Below, piece by piece: positions 39,521-52,479 of a stretch of DNA of 64,000 bases (positions within the stretch are counted from its first letter, which is position 1; every line of letters begins with the position of its first letter). Under the pieces are notes generated by a model that saw only the letters and a program-made list of their open reading frames with translations, made no database searches and was not told where the DNA came from. A program made the position numbers and the translations under genes. Source of the DNA: Octopus sinensis (lineage: Eukaryota); contig NC_043005.1 in assembly GCF_006345805.1 (NCBI RefSeq), positions 42,966,001-43,030,000 of the forward strand, read 5' to 3'.

Positions 39521-40112
39521 TAATACTGACGGCAGGAATGACTTTGACCATAGGCCTGCTGTTTCAGGTTTAATTTGATGCTAAACAGCAAGGTAGTTTT
39601 AGATACACTTTGTCAGAAATATAAGGGTTGACACGAACGTTTGTGAACAATCGTCTGCTCGCTCAGATCTGACTCTGATCTACGAAAGTGTTAATACTTA
39701 TCGTATACATTCACGAGAATATATTCATTACATGGTTCTTTTGTAATGGTTTGCCCATAGAAAAAATATGCCTGCAGATATTTACCTTGAAAATCTAAAC
39801 TGTTGTTATAATATTTCATCATTTTCTAACCTTACTCCCAATACTTAAGTTCAGTACTTGATAGCTGACTGGTTTTTCTATTCTATTCCTTATTGAAGAA
39901 AATTCTACTTTCCTTGGTAAGAACATTATAAAGTTGCTTATACATTTCTATAAGATTCCTTTTCTATGTTAAAGGTAAATATTTATTTCTTCGCGTCCTG
40001 TCATATTCTTAAATATTGCCAAAGGTTCTTGAAAATCTATTTTTATTATACTCCAACAGCAACATGTCACAACGAGTTAAATCTTTTCCATATACTCTAA
40101 TGAAACGTGTGT

Positions 40113-40353
40113 GGAGGTGCGTGGCTTAATGGTTAGGGTATTGAACTCATGATCGTAAGGTTGTGGTTTCGATTCCTAGACCAGGCATTGCCTTGTGTTC
40201 TTGAGCAAAACACTCCATTTCACTTTGCTCCAGTCCACTCGGCTGGCAAAAATGAGTAATCCTGCGACGAACCGGCATCCCGTCCAGGTGGGGAATTTCT
40301 ACACCACTGAAACCGGCCCTTATGAGCCTGGCATGGCTCGAAGTAACATTACT
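40113..40353 (+). mobile_element. Family T3 SINE
   Basis: 15-bp TSD taatgaaa(c/t)gtgtgt at 40098-40112 and 40354-40368. Confidence 0.88.
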
Positions 40354-40577
40354 TAATGAAATGTGTGTGTGTGCGTGTGTATTTGGGTGTATGTGTGTGT
40401 GTGCGTGCGTGCAATATCTTTATGAGAGCATATTCTAGAACGGAGCGGAATCAAAGATGTGCTACAGAATACCGAAAGTGCAAATTCTGCTGAGTCAGAC
40501 ATGTCACAAATTTCACAGACAACTGATGGGTGCGTGCTGTTCCCGAGTAGTATCCAAAAGATCAGGAAAAGTGATTC

Positions 40578-40808
40578 CTATTTCTTTATTACCCACAAGG
40601 GGCTAAACATAGAAGAGACAAAGACAGACATAGGTATTAAGTCGATTACATCGACCCCAGTGCGTAACTGGTACTTAACTTATCGACCCCGAAAGGATGA
40701 AAGGCAAAGTCGACCTCGGCGGAATTTGAACTCACAACGTAACGACAGACGAATTACGGCTACGCATTTCGCCCGGCGTGCTAATGTTTCTGCCAGCTCG
40801 CCGCCTTT
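40578..40808 (-). mobile_element. Family M SINE, full length
   Basis: Near-identical to the monomers at 23768-24000. Confidence 0.92.
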
Positions 40809-41109
40809 ATCAGGAAAAGTGATTCTGAAGTAATCTCCACGACGACGGGAAGACGAATTAGTTAAGTGATTTGGAACAAGATGAAAAAGAATAGCGCAGA
40901 CGACAAAGACATCGAAGCGCATTGTGAGCAGCGATGTCTAACAACATCTGACGGCCTGGCTTTTACAGTAATACTGTGATATCTGCGTGTATGTATAAGC
41001 GTCTAGATAAATGTCTAGACAGAAATAGATATGGACAAAGACATGTGTGTGTTTGTGTGAGTGTGTATGTGTGTGTGTGGGAGGGGTTGAGTTTGACTTT
41101 GTGTGTCTT

Positions 41110-41330
41110 TGTGTCTGTGCTTGTCTCCCTCCTATCGCCGCTTGACAACCAGTGTTGGTGTGTTTACGTCCTCATAACATAGCAGTTCGGTCAAAGAAAC
41201 TGACAGAATAAGTACCAATCTAAAACAAAGGAAAGTTCTTGGGTTGATTCATTCGACTAAAAGAATTCTTCAAGGTGGTGCCCCAGCTTGGCCACAATCT
41301 AATGACCGAAACAAGTAAAAGATAGAAGAA
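41110..41330 (+). mobile_element. Family C SINE, 3' part
   Basis: cgcttgacaaccagtgttggtgtgtttacgtcc...aatgaccgaaacaagtaaaaga. Confidence 0.78.
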
Positions 41331-41354
41331 ATTTCATGTTCATATATATATATT

Positions 41355-41426
41355 GATTCTATGGTGTAATGGTGAGTAGACTGGACCCTGAATCCAACGA
41401 AGCCAGTTCGTGTCTCGGTAGGACCT
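41355..41426 (+). pseudogene. tRNA-Gln(CTG) pseudogene
   Basis: 72 nt colinear with the eukaryotic tRNA-Gln pattern (GGTTCTATGGTGTAATGG...CTGAATCC...CTCGGTAGAACCT). Anticodon CTG. Acceptor and T stems are mismatched and the B-box is damaged. Confidence 0.82.
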
Positions 41427-41444
41427 TACCGCTTTACTCTTCAA

Positions 41445-41607
41445 GGCACAGGCGCGGCTGTGTGGTAAGAATTTTATTTCCCAACCATATGGTTCCGAGT
41501 TCAGTCCCACTGCGAGATGCCTTGTGCAAGAGTCTTGTAGTATAGCTTCGAGACGGCAAAAGTCTTACAACAGGATTTGGTAAAGTGAAACTAAAGAAAA
41601 CGCGTCG

Positions 41608-41640
<33 letters not shown>

Positions 41641-41864
41641 GAGGGTTCTTTCTGTTCGTGTTCCCCCCCACCACCACCACCACTGCTTGACAACCGGTTT
41701 TAGTGCCTTTCGGCGAGAGAGACCGACACAATAAACACTAGGCTTTATTAGGCTTTAAAAAAGTCTTGGGTCGATTTGTTTGACTAAAAAACCTTCAAGG
41801 CGGTGCCCCAGCATGGCCGCAGTGAAATGACTGAAACAAATAAAAGGTAAAAATCTGAATGACC

Positions 41865-41870
<6 letters not shown>
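41445..41870 (+). mobile_element. Family C SINE, degenerate full length
   Basis: ggcgcggctgtgtggtaag...cccagcatggccgcagtgaaatgactgaaac. Confidence 0.8.
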
Positions 41871-41909
<39 letters not shown>

Positions 41910-41913
<4 letters not shown>

Positions 41914-43005
41914 GTCATCCCATAAATAATGCAGTTCTTTAATACTTCTTTCATTTTTCTAAATTTAGATAAACAAAGATCCATTTTAATCTAAAATATA
42001 CTCTCCCTCATTTTCTACAATGCTCTTCTATCAATCTGGTAGACTAGCAAGGCCGATCTTCCAAAATTCACTTGTCCCTGACGAAAAATACTCTTCCTGT
42101 TCCATTCCGACCTCGTCTACAGAATTCATATTTTTTCCGTCCAAATGATTTTGAAGACTGCGGAATAAATGATAATCAGATGGGGTAATGTCAGGCGAAT
42201 ATGGTGGGTGCGGCATCGCTTCCTCTTCAAAGTGCTTCATATCGCACCAATAGACAAGAACAATTTGCGTTGGTGAAGACCTTTAGTTTTGGGTGCCAGT
42301 GTTTCTCCTTCCCCTACTAACTGTCTTCGGCGCTTGACATTTCTACAGAGAACTCATTTCTCATCACTAGTCACTATTCGTTCCAAAAAAAGGTTCATTT
42401 CTTGAGACATGACAGCAAAGAATAGCACACGTTTACTCTCTGCGCGCGATTAGACACGGAAATTTATGGGGAACCCATTGACCCAATTTGCTGACTTTTC
42501 CGATGGCATGCAGGTGGCGATGAATGGCTGAATGACCGAACCCAAGCTTCTCTGCTACTTCCTCAATAGTTACGATGGGATTTTGTTCCACAAGGGTTTG
42601 CAGGGCGTCCTCGTCGAGCTCTGCAGAACTTTCAGAACGTAGCTCGTCTTCTAGACTGTAGTTTCCGGTTCAGAATTTTTAGAACCACAGTCGACACTGG
42701 CTTACGCTTATTATCCGATCCCCATTTACTGCATTAATATTCACCATACTTTCCGTTGCGTTGTTGCCTTTATTGAATTCATAAAGCAAGCTATGTCGAA
42801 TATTCTCCTTTGTCACTTCCATTATACCTTTGAAAGAAATAACTGTTAAAATCGAACTGCACTCTTCAAAATTTGCACTAAGAATAAGGAGGTAAAATTA
42901 CTACTTGACTTTATACCAAGTTGATACAAGTAGTTTATCCTGTCCCATCCGTCTTTTAGTTCATGCAATTGAAAAAAAGACCGCATTATTTATAAAATAC
43001 CCCAA
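41910..43005 (-). mobile_element. Internally deleted mariner (1096 bp) with both TIRs, inserted in (TA)n
   Basis: TIRs ttgggtcatcccataaataatgc / gcattatttataaaatacccca a with TA flanks. Minus-strand transposase from ATG near 42823 (MEVTKENIRH..WVPHK..PHPPYSPDITPSDYHLFRSLQNHL). The central DDD region is deleted. Confidence 0.93.
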
Positions 43006-43477
43006 TATATATATATATACACACACACACAAACACGCACATATATACACACACATATATATATATATCTACATATCTGTGTATGCATGTATGTATGTAT
43101 GTATGTATGTATATGTGTATGTATGTATGTATGTATGTATGTGTGTATGTATGTGTATGTATGTATGTATGTATGTATGTATGTATGTATGTATGTATGC
43201 TTTATATGTATGTATAATATGAAGACATAATACCATGCATAATTTGGACATGTTTCAATCGAAGAATTTCGTGGGAAAAAGAATTAAGACAACAAATTTA
43301 ATGTGAAATGCTGGTGAAATTGGAACATGCATCAAGATGTACCAAAAATTAAGTGGATTGATACGGGAGGAAATTGTAATATACGGAAGAAAATAAGTGA
43401 AAAAACAAACATAAAATTGATATGTAGATCTTGCAAGTTTACAAGCATAGTAATACATTGCTTTTCAATTATTATGC

Positions 43478-43512
<35 letters not shown>

Positions 43513-43523
43513 TAATAATAATG

Positions 43524-43582
<59 letters not shown>
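43478..43582. repeat. (AAT)n microsatellite
   Basis: Visible directly. A similar tract lies at about 39450-39522. Confidence 0.98.
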
Positions 43583-43583
<1 letters not shown>

Positions 43584-43640
43584 TTAAAAATAATTTGACT
43601 AAAAGGAAACTGACAAATTATATATATGTATATATATAAT

Positions 43641-43676
<36 letters not shown>

Positions 43677-43680
43677 ATGT

Positions 43681-43749
<69 letters not shown>

Positions 43750-44208
43750 TATGAGTTTGTGTTTGTGGGGTGGGGTGTGCGTGTGTATGTATATATATAT
43801 ATATAATATATATATATATATATACATATATAAACATATAAATGTATATTTAGTTATGTATATATGTAATATATATATATATATGTTGTGTTTCTGTGTG
43901 TGTATTTATACAAATATATATAATATACATGCTCATCTGTGTGTGTATATATGTATATGTGTATATGTGTATGCCCGTATATATGCATGTACAATCAAAC
44001 ATGTCAAAGTATAATGTAGTGCGATGGAAAAGTTGGTTAATCAAATATTATGATGGATCAATATTTTCATTTAAAAAATCTTAAAATGCAGAAAATATAC
44101 TTTCGATATTTTTTTTCGTGAAGCCCTATTACGTTTCAACACCACAGCATGTATATGTATGTGTGCATGCATGCGTGAGTGCGCTCGTGTGTGCACATAT
44201 ATATATAC

Positions 44209-44242
<34 letters not shown>

Positions 44243-44245
44243 TAC

Positions 44246-44291
<46 letters not shown>

Positions 44292-44944
44292 TATATATAA
44301 ATGTATGTATTACATATGAATATATATGCATATATATGTGTGTGTATATATGTGTATATAAATAATTATTTGCATGTATACATATATATATATATACATA
44401 TATATATACACTAATATTCATATATGCATATATAGTCATAGATCTATATACCCGTGTATGTATACGTGAATGTGTATCCGTGTGTATGTATGTATGTACG
44501 TATATATGTATATATATATGTATGTATGTATGTATGTTCATATGTGTGTATGCGTGTGTGTGTGTGTGAACGTGCATTAGTGATAATCTATTCATCACAC
44601 ACATATTAATGTAGAAGGGGTGTGTATGTGAAATGGGGGTACGTTTGGATATCTGTTATCTGTCTTCCTGATCTCGAGTAGCGGGTCACGATTTCGTTTT
44701 ATCAATCGCAATACAAGTTTAAAAGTACTTTCTTCACCTTAAAACTCCAGGTCAAAATCTATGTTCCCCCTTTAACAGATGTTCACTTCCTGTCGTCGTT
44801 CTTACACCAAGACATTTGAGACGTTTGGTTCAGGTTTTAGAAACTTGTCATTGTTTATTACTGCCGTCTTCGCCGTCGTCATAACCGTCACAGCCGCCAT
44901 CGCTCACCCTCCCCCCCGCCGCCACCACCACCACCGCTGCTGCT

Positions 44945-45479
44945 AATGATGATGATGGTGATATTGATGATGATGATGATGATGATGATGATGACGAGGA
45001 GGAGGAGGAGGAGGAAGAGGAAGCTAGTGTTGGGGTAATGCAAACGGTGGCGGCAGCAGCGCAAGTGGTTGCGAGCAGGGACGTCCCGCTGGCGACGGTG
45101 GCAGCGACGACGACGACACTGATGACGACGACGACGACGACGACGATGTTGATGATGATGATATGATGATGATGATGGAGATGACAACGATGAGCAGGAC
45201 GAAGACGACGATAATGCTAATGATGATGATGACGATGACGATGATGACGATGACGATGATGACGACGACGATGATGATGATGATGATGATGATGATAATG
45301 GAGATGACAACGATGAGGAGGACGAAGACGATGATAATGCTAATGATGATGATAACGATGATGATGATGACGACGACGATGATGATGATGATGATGATGA
45401 TGGAGATGACATCGATGAGGAGGACGAAGACGACGATAATGCTAATGATGATGATGACGATGACGATGATGACGACGAC

Positions 45480-45510
<31 letters not shown>

Positions 45511-45584
45511 ATGACAACGATGAGCAGGACGAAGACGATGATAATGCTAATGATGATGATGACGATGACGATGATGACGACGAC

Positions 45585-45615
<31 letters not shown>

Positions 45616-45720
45616 ATGGAGATGACAACGGTGAGCAGGACGAAGACGATGATAATGCTAATGATGATGATTACGATGACGATGATGACGACGACGACGA
45701 CGATGATGATGATGATGATG
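44945..45720. repeat. (GAT/GAC)n low-complexity tract with about five ~120-bp higher-order units (ggagatgacaacgatgag(c/g)aggacgaagacg..gataatgctaat)
   Basis: The unit recurs at about 45177, 45299, 45402, 45507 and 45617. Confidence 0.95.
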
Positions 45721-45911
45721 AAAGTGGTACTCATGAGTTTCATCACCATAACGACGGTAGAAGTGATATATTTTTCTCTCCGCTTTGTTATTGGTCCAGT
45801 GAACCTTGGACTACATTATGCTGTTTTTTTCTAATACACCTTAACAGCGACTTGGTTACTAGTTTTAAGAAATCGACCGACACGGAGAGACACTAGTGTT
45901 GGCTTTTTGTT

Positions 45912-46080
45912 GGTGGCAGAATCGTTAGCACGCCGGACAAAATGCTTAGCAATGTTTCGCCCGCCGCTACGTTCTGGGTTCAAATTCCATCCTAGTCGAC
46001 TTTGCTTTGATCCATTCACACTGGAGGTCATAGATTTAATCGATTTTCCCCCTCCCCTATAGTTGTTGGCATCCTTTTGT
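45912..46080 (+). mobile_element. Family M SINE, internally deleted
   Basis: tggcagaatcgttagcacgccggac...ggttcaaattcc. Confidence 0.75.
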
Positions 46081-46139
46081 CTCGGGAGACAATGGAGTTG
46101 CGCATAAACTAATCCAGTCTGGTTTTTACATTTCATATC

Positions 46140-46420
46140 CTCTCCAGTTTTGCGCAGGCCTGGGCTAGATGTAAGAAAATCCTGGGTAGCCCAATCGTCA
46201 GTATTCCTCTCTCGACCTTGCTGATGTAGTCCAAAGGAGTGCAGAGCATTACGTTTGGCACCAGCTTGGCTGCAGGAGCTGCCGGAAGAGTGTCGAGTCG
46301 AACACTAAACCGCCTACGGGGCTCCACTCGGGATTTCTTTGAAGGTTGTCTCCTCTCCGTAACCCTGGAGCCACCTGAGCCCGGACCTCGTGTTAGGCAG
46401 GGTCGTCACTCCCTCAAGTA
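46140..46420 (+). mobile_element. Probable RTE-clade LINE 5' UTR remnant
   Basis: gctgatgtagtccaaagg..gcagagc..tacgtttggcaccagcttggctgcagg resembles RTE/BovB 5' UTR sequence (recognition from memory, unverified). Confidence 0.4.
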
Positions 46421-46777
46421 GTGAAGAAAATCGCTACCCACTACCTATAGTAGAAAGGATTATTTTTTTTTGTGCTGTTGTTGCTGTTACTGTTGCCGTC
46501 GTTGTTGCTGCTACTGTTGTTCTTATTTACACTCATGTTAACCGCAGGATTGTTTCTTTGATAAGGTTAATAAGTGTAATGGACGAAGGTTTTGTCCCTT
46601 GAATAATTTTTAAAACCTCGCACTTATTTGCGTGCTGTGCATGTATGTATGTATGTATGTATGTATGTATGTATGTGTGTGTGTATGTATGTATGTATGT
46701 ATGTATGTATGTATGTATGTATGCATGCATGTATGTATGAATGTATGTATGTATGTATGTATCATGCATGTATGTAT

Positions 46778-46886
46778 GTCATTATTAAATTTTATATCTA
46801 GATTTCTTGCCAATAGAGAAAGATCCAGTTTCTAGCCCAGATCCAAGGCCCTTTCATTGGATTTCAGCAAAAGTATCAAGGTATTT
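46778..46886 (-). mobile_element. RLE-family 3' UTR-only copy inside (TATG)n
   Basis: Reverse complement of the family 3' UTR. (TATG)n at 46640-46777 and 46895-46990. Confidence 0.82.
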
Positions 46887-46963
46887 CTCTGTGTGTATGT
46901 AAGTATGTATGTATGTATGTATGTATGTATGTATGTATGTATGTATGTATGAATGTATGTATG

Positions 46964-46994
<31 letters not shown>

Positions 46995-47280
46995 GTGTAT
47001 AGATTTTTATGCTTTGTTTTATGTATGTATTCTCATGCATAAAGTTGCATGTCTAGACATGCACATATATACTTAAATGATAAACTGTAAAGTTTTATTG
47101 ATTTTTACAGTTCCAGTGATGGATTGGATCTATAGTCTTCGAATTAGCTTTCTCTTTTCTGGTTTTGAGAAACATAACTTCTCAAGACTGGTATGAATGC
47201 AGTGTATTGCAGAGCCCCAATAATTACAGGTATAAACTTGAAGATGACTCAACTTGGATTTTAACACTTTATTATATATA

Positions 47281-47321
<41 letters not shown>

Positions 47322-47323
47322 TA

Positions 47324-47354
<31 letters not shown>

Positions 47355-47624
47355 ATATCTCCAGTATAATCAGCCGAAATTGCGAAGATAATCTGGTACT
47401 TGACTGAGGAAAGAAAACTTCGAATGACCCGTCCTTCAAATGACCCGTCATTTTCTTTGAATAACGATACAAAGAAAAGAAGAAAACCTGTTTTCTTTGT
47501 TGTCTCATTTTTGTATCACCTAACTGTCCGGATGTTTTGCGTTCTTGTCCCATTTTGGATTTTCTTGCTGAAAGATCGACACAAATGATCTGTTTATAGA
47601 GATCAAATGTACGTGATCTATACA

Positions 47625-47830
47625 TTACCTCACACCCGCCATTTCAACTGTAGAAATGAGCTGCGACGTCACTGGTGTCAAGCTATACCGGCCTTTGCCT
47701 TTCCCTTCGATAACGTCGGTGGCGTGATGAGAGGAGGCTGGTATGCATGGGTGACTGCTGGGCTTCCATAGACAACTTTGCTCGGATTGTACCTCGGAGG
47801 GTAACTTTTCAGGTGCAATCCCATGGTCAT
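47625..47830 (+). mobile_element. SINE-like body and tail fragment, unclassified
   Basis: GC-richer island (gaaatgagctgcgacgtcactgg...gtgcaatcccatggtcattc). No second copy in the window. Confidence 0.35.
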
Positions 47831-48087
47831 TCACCGTCGTCTAGAAGGAAGTCGTAATAAGAACTAGGTTTCCTTCCCGCCCAGGGGTTCACATGCTTGT
47901 TAACCCATATGTAGGATCCTGACACATGTTACCACTTCGGATCAGGGTAGCTAACGGGTGGTTCCACATGCTTCAAAATCTTGTAACTGCCTTGTGAGTG
48001 GATTTGCTAGACGAAAACTGGGAAAACATCGACACCCACAACTACACACACACGCGCGCACGCGCGCACAGACACACACACACACAG

Positions 48088-48129
<42 letters not shown>

Positions 48130-48208
48130 GCTAATATACATGTGCCCCAGAATGGCCGTAGAAAAATGACTGAAAGAAGTAAATGAGTAGAAAAAGTATA
48201 CGCGCACA

Positions 48209-48254
<46 letters not shown>

Positions 48255-48558
48255 AGAAATAATTAAGATTCAGTTGAATTAGGTACTTAATTTGAGGCAC
48301 GAAGTCTGTTCAGTATTGTCCGGACAGCTCGAAGTTAGGTGAATAAAAAGCAAATAAATAACAAGGATGTCCTTGCTTATTATTTACTTTATATATGTGT
48401 GTGTCTGTGTCTCTGTGTGTGTATGTATGTATATGTGTGGTGTGTGTGTCTGCGCGTGGGGTGCGGGGTCCGTACGTGTGTCAGTCTTCCACACACTGCT
48501 TGCGAACCGGTGTGTGTCTACATTACCATAACTAAGAGGTTAGAAAATGCAGAGAATT

Positions 48559-48782
48559 TCGCCCGGCGAGCTAGCGGAAACGTTAGCACGCCGGGCGAAA
48601 TGCTTAGCGTTATTTCGTCTGCCGTTACGTTCTGAGTTCAAATTCCGCCGAGGTCGACTTTGCCTTTCATTCTTTCGGGGTCGATAAATTAGATACCAGT
48701 TACGCACTGGGGTTGATGTAATCGACTTAATCCCTCTGTATGTCCCCTCTATGTTTAGCCCTTTGTGGGCAATAAAGAAATA
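48559..48782 (+). mobile_element. Family M SINE with perfect 17-bp TSD
   Basis: TSD agaaaatgcagagaatt at 48542-48558 and 48783-48799. Confidence 0.93.
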
Positions 48783-48989
48783 AGAAAATGCAGAGAATTA
48801 TAGCATACGAGACTAAATATGTGTATGAGAAAGAGAGAGAGAGAGAGAGAAAGAGAGAGAGTATGTGTGTGTGTGTGTGTGTGTGTGAAAGAAAAAAAGG
48901 GGAGAGAATTTGCATATGTATGTATGTAGATGTAAATGAGTGTGTACGTATACATGTCACTAAGTAAGTGAATAGATAGAGAGGTAGGT

Positions 48990-49440
48990 AAGTGGGTACG
49001 GCTGTGATCGTTTAGTAAGTTCCCTTCGTAACCACATAGCTTCAGGTTGAGTCCAACTGCGTAGCACCTTGGGTTAGTATATTTTACTGTAGCTCAGAGC
49101 CGACTATTGCATCCAATGGATGTGTAAGTACTCGTTTCTGTCCACCATTGAGATGTTTAGCACTCATTCTCATTGTCCTATATTAGCGTACGCGTTTGTG
49201 TGTGTGTTGGGGTTGGGGTTGAGTGTGTGTGTGTGTGTGTGTGTTTCTGTTTTTGTCACCTCACTATCGCTTGTCAACCGATGTTGATGTGTTTACGTCC
49301 TCTAGCGTTTCGGCAAAATAGACCAATGAAATAAGAGGCTTGCAAAGAATAAGTTCTGGGGTTATATGTTCAGCTAAAGACGATACCCCAACATGGCCGC
49401 AGTCAAATGACTGAAACGAGTAAAAGAATGAAAGAGTATA
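48990..49440 (+). mobile_element. Family C SINE, degenerate
   Basis: gcaccttggg...aacatggccgcagtcaaatgactgaaacgagtaaaag. Confidence 0.78.
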
Positions 49441-49507
49441 CATACATACGTTATACTATATATACACACACAGATATACATACATACATGCATACATAGA
49501 AAAAAAA

Positions 49508-49610
49508 CACTACCCTGTTGTTGAAATTCCAATGAAGGAGCATTGGATCTAGATTAGAAACCGACACTTTCTCTATTGGCAAGAAATCCTGAATAAAACT
49601 GAAGAACGAC
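49508..49610 (+). mobile_element. RLE-family 3' UTR-only copy in (CATA)n
   Basis: taccctgttgttgaaattccaatgaaggagc...gaataaaactgaagaacgac, then (ATAC)n. Confidence 0.85.
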
Positions 49611-50738
49611 ATACATACAAACATACATACATACATACATACATGCATACATACATACATACATACATGCATGCATACATACACACATCATACATACATA
49701 CATACATACATACATGCATACATACATACATACATACATACATACATACATACATACATACATACATACATACATACATACATACATACACACACATACA
49801 TACATACATACATACAAACATACATACATACATACATACACACATGCATACATACATACATACATACAAACATACATACATACATACATACATACAAACA
49901 TACATACATACACACATGCATACATACATACATACATACATACATACACACATACATACATACATACATACAAACATACATACATACATACATACACACA
50001 TGCATACATACATACATACATACATACATACATACATACATACAAACATACATACATACACACATGCATACATACATACATACATACATACATACATACA
50101 ACCATACATACATCATAATACATAATAATATACATACATACATACATACACAATACATACATACATACATCACATACAAACATACATACACACATGCAGC
50201 ATACATACATACATACATACATACATACATACATACACACATGCATGCATACATATATACATACATGCATACATACATACATACATACATACATACATAC
50301 ATACACACATGCATGCATACATACATACATACATACATACATACACACATGCATGCATACATACATACATGCATACATACATACATACATACACACATGC
50401 ATGCATACATACATACATACATACATACATACATACATACATACATACACACACATGCATGCATACATACATACATACATACATACATACATAACATACA
50501 CACATGCATGCATACATACAACATACATACATACATGCATACATACATGCATGCATACATACATACATACATACATGCATACATACATACACACATACAT
50601 ACATACATACGTACGTACGCATACATACATACATACATAATAATACATACATACATAATACATGCATGCATGCATGCATGCATGCATACATATATACATA
50701 AATACATACATACATACATACATACATACAAACAAACA
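49611..50738. repeat. ~1.1-kb degenerate (CATA)n array
   Basis: Visible directly. Source of the 300-400 aa spurious ORFs. Confidence 0.98.
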
Positions 50739-50739
50739 A

Positions 50740-50849
50740 AAATACCCTGTTGCTGATGTTGAAATTCTAATGAAGGAACCTTAGATCTAGGTTAGAAACT
50801 GGCTCTTTCTCTATTGCCAAGAAATCTTGAAATAAAACTGAAGAATGAC
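50740..50849 (+). mobile_element. RLE-family 3' UTR-only copy in (CATA)n
   Basis: Matches 49508-49610. (CATA)n on both sides. Confidence 0.85.
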
Positions 50850-51309
50850 ACATACATACATACATACATACATGCATACATACATACATACATACATACA
50901 TACACACATACATACATACGTACATACATACATACATACAAACACATACCCACACACATACATACATATATACATACATACACACACACATACATACATA
51001 TATACATACATACACACACATACATACATAGATACATATACATACATACATACATACATACATACATACATACATACATACATACATGCACACATACATA
51101 CATACACACATACATACAGTGCATAATCACAGGCACATTCAGAAAATGTTCTGGAAATATCCGAGACACAGCCTTACCCAGTACACAACCTTTTCTGTGA
51201 GCTAAATTTATTTCCTGTGGTAATTTTCCCAGTTCTTTCTTTCAGTTGCTTTACGGTTGATGTCATATCTTAAAGACAAGTGTGCATGTACAACTTCTAT
51301 TTGTCTCTA

Positions 51310-51375
<66 letters not shown>

Positions 51376-52377
51376 CCTATCTATATATCTATCTATCTAT
51401 CTATCTATTTACATCTCTTTCTCTCTTTCCTTTCCTCCGTCTATATCTTTTTCTCTGTCTCTCTCTCTGTCTCTGACTATCTCTCTTTCTCTCTTTCTTT
51501 TACTTTAGATGTCTTACTGCTTTGCATTGGTGGACAGTTGACCCTCTGAACTGATGTCTGAATCATAAATTAATGGACGTTAATGATAGGAGTCGGCTGA
51601 CGTGAGACTGATATGAAATATAACAACATGAAAGCCGTGACCGTTATGATTTAATCGTTGGAAGTATTGCAAAAGATACCTGATCAGGAGACAGTATGGT
51701 AAATCTGGACAAATTTAAAATTTAGATTGAAATAAAGTTCACCAGATCTCTATCCATTTTTCTGCTGTTAATTTATTCATCCATCAGTCATCCGTTACGC
51801 ATTCCTCTCCTAAATACGTAAATATATACATAGATATATGCATACATTACATATATGCATATACAAACTTTTATAAAATATATACATACGCTTACTGACA
51901 TGCTCGTACACATATTAATATGTGTGTGTATGCGTGCCTGTATACATACATACATACATACATACTTATGACTGTATTTGTCGTTGTATATATCCACATA
52001 TACATGTATATACATTCATATATATATATGTATATATATATAAATATATAAATATATGTGTGTATATATATATATATAAATATATAAATATATGTGTATA
52101 TATATATGTGTGTGTGTGTGGTGTGTGTGTGTGTGTGTATACTCATGTAGTTACCTTTTGACATAAAAACACTATATATGCGTAGTAGAGATAATTACAG
52201 ATTTGAAGCCATTGTATGCCTGAAACTATATATATGTGTGTATATGTGAAGGTATGTCTGAAAGTACATACATATGAATGATTTTGCTTCTTGACTGGAA
52301 ATTAAGAGTTTAGTATGACCGACTTCCAACTCCGTGGCAAAGGTGTAAAGAAGATGATCAAAGAACAAATGCATACA

Positions 52378-52422
<45 letters not shown>

Positions 52423-52437
52423 GTGTGTGTGTGTTGT

Positions 52438-52479
<42 letters not shown>

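Noticed and set aside
45163-45834. 223-aa Met/Thr-rich ORF and the antisense Ile/Ser-rich ORFs
   Set aside because: These are alternative frames of the GAT/GAC repeat. Only the Asp frame is worth testing.
49554-50756. Long ORFs of 347-393 aa (MYVC/HTYI repeats), and similar ORFs throughout the window
   Set aside because: These are translations of (CATA)n, (TA)n, (CA)n, (GATA)n and (GA)n repeats, which lack stops in some frames. No coding complexity.
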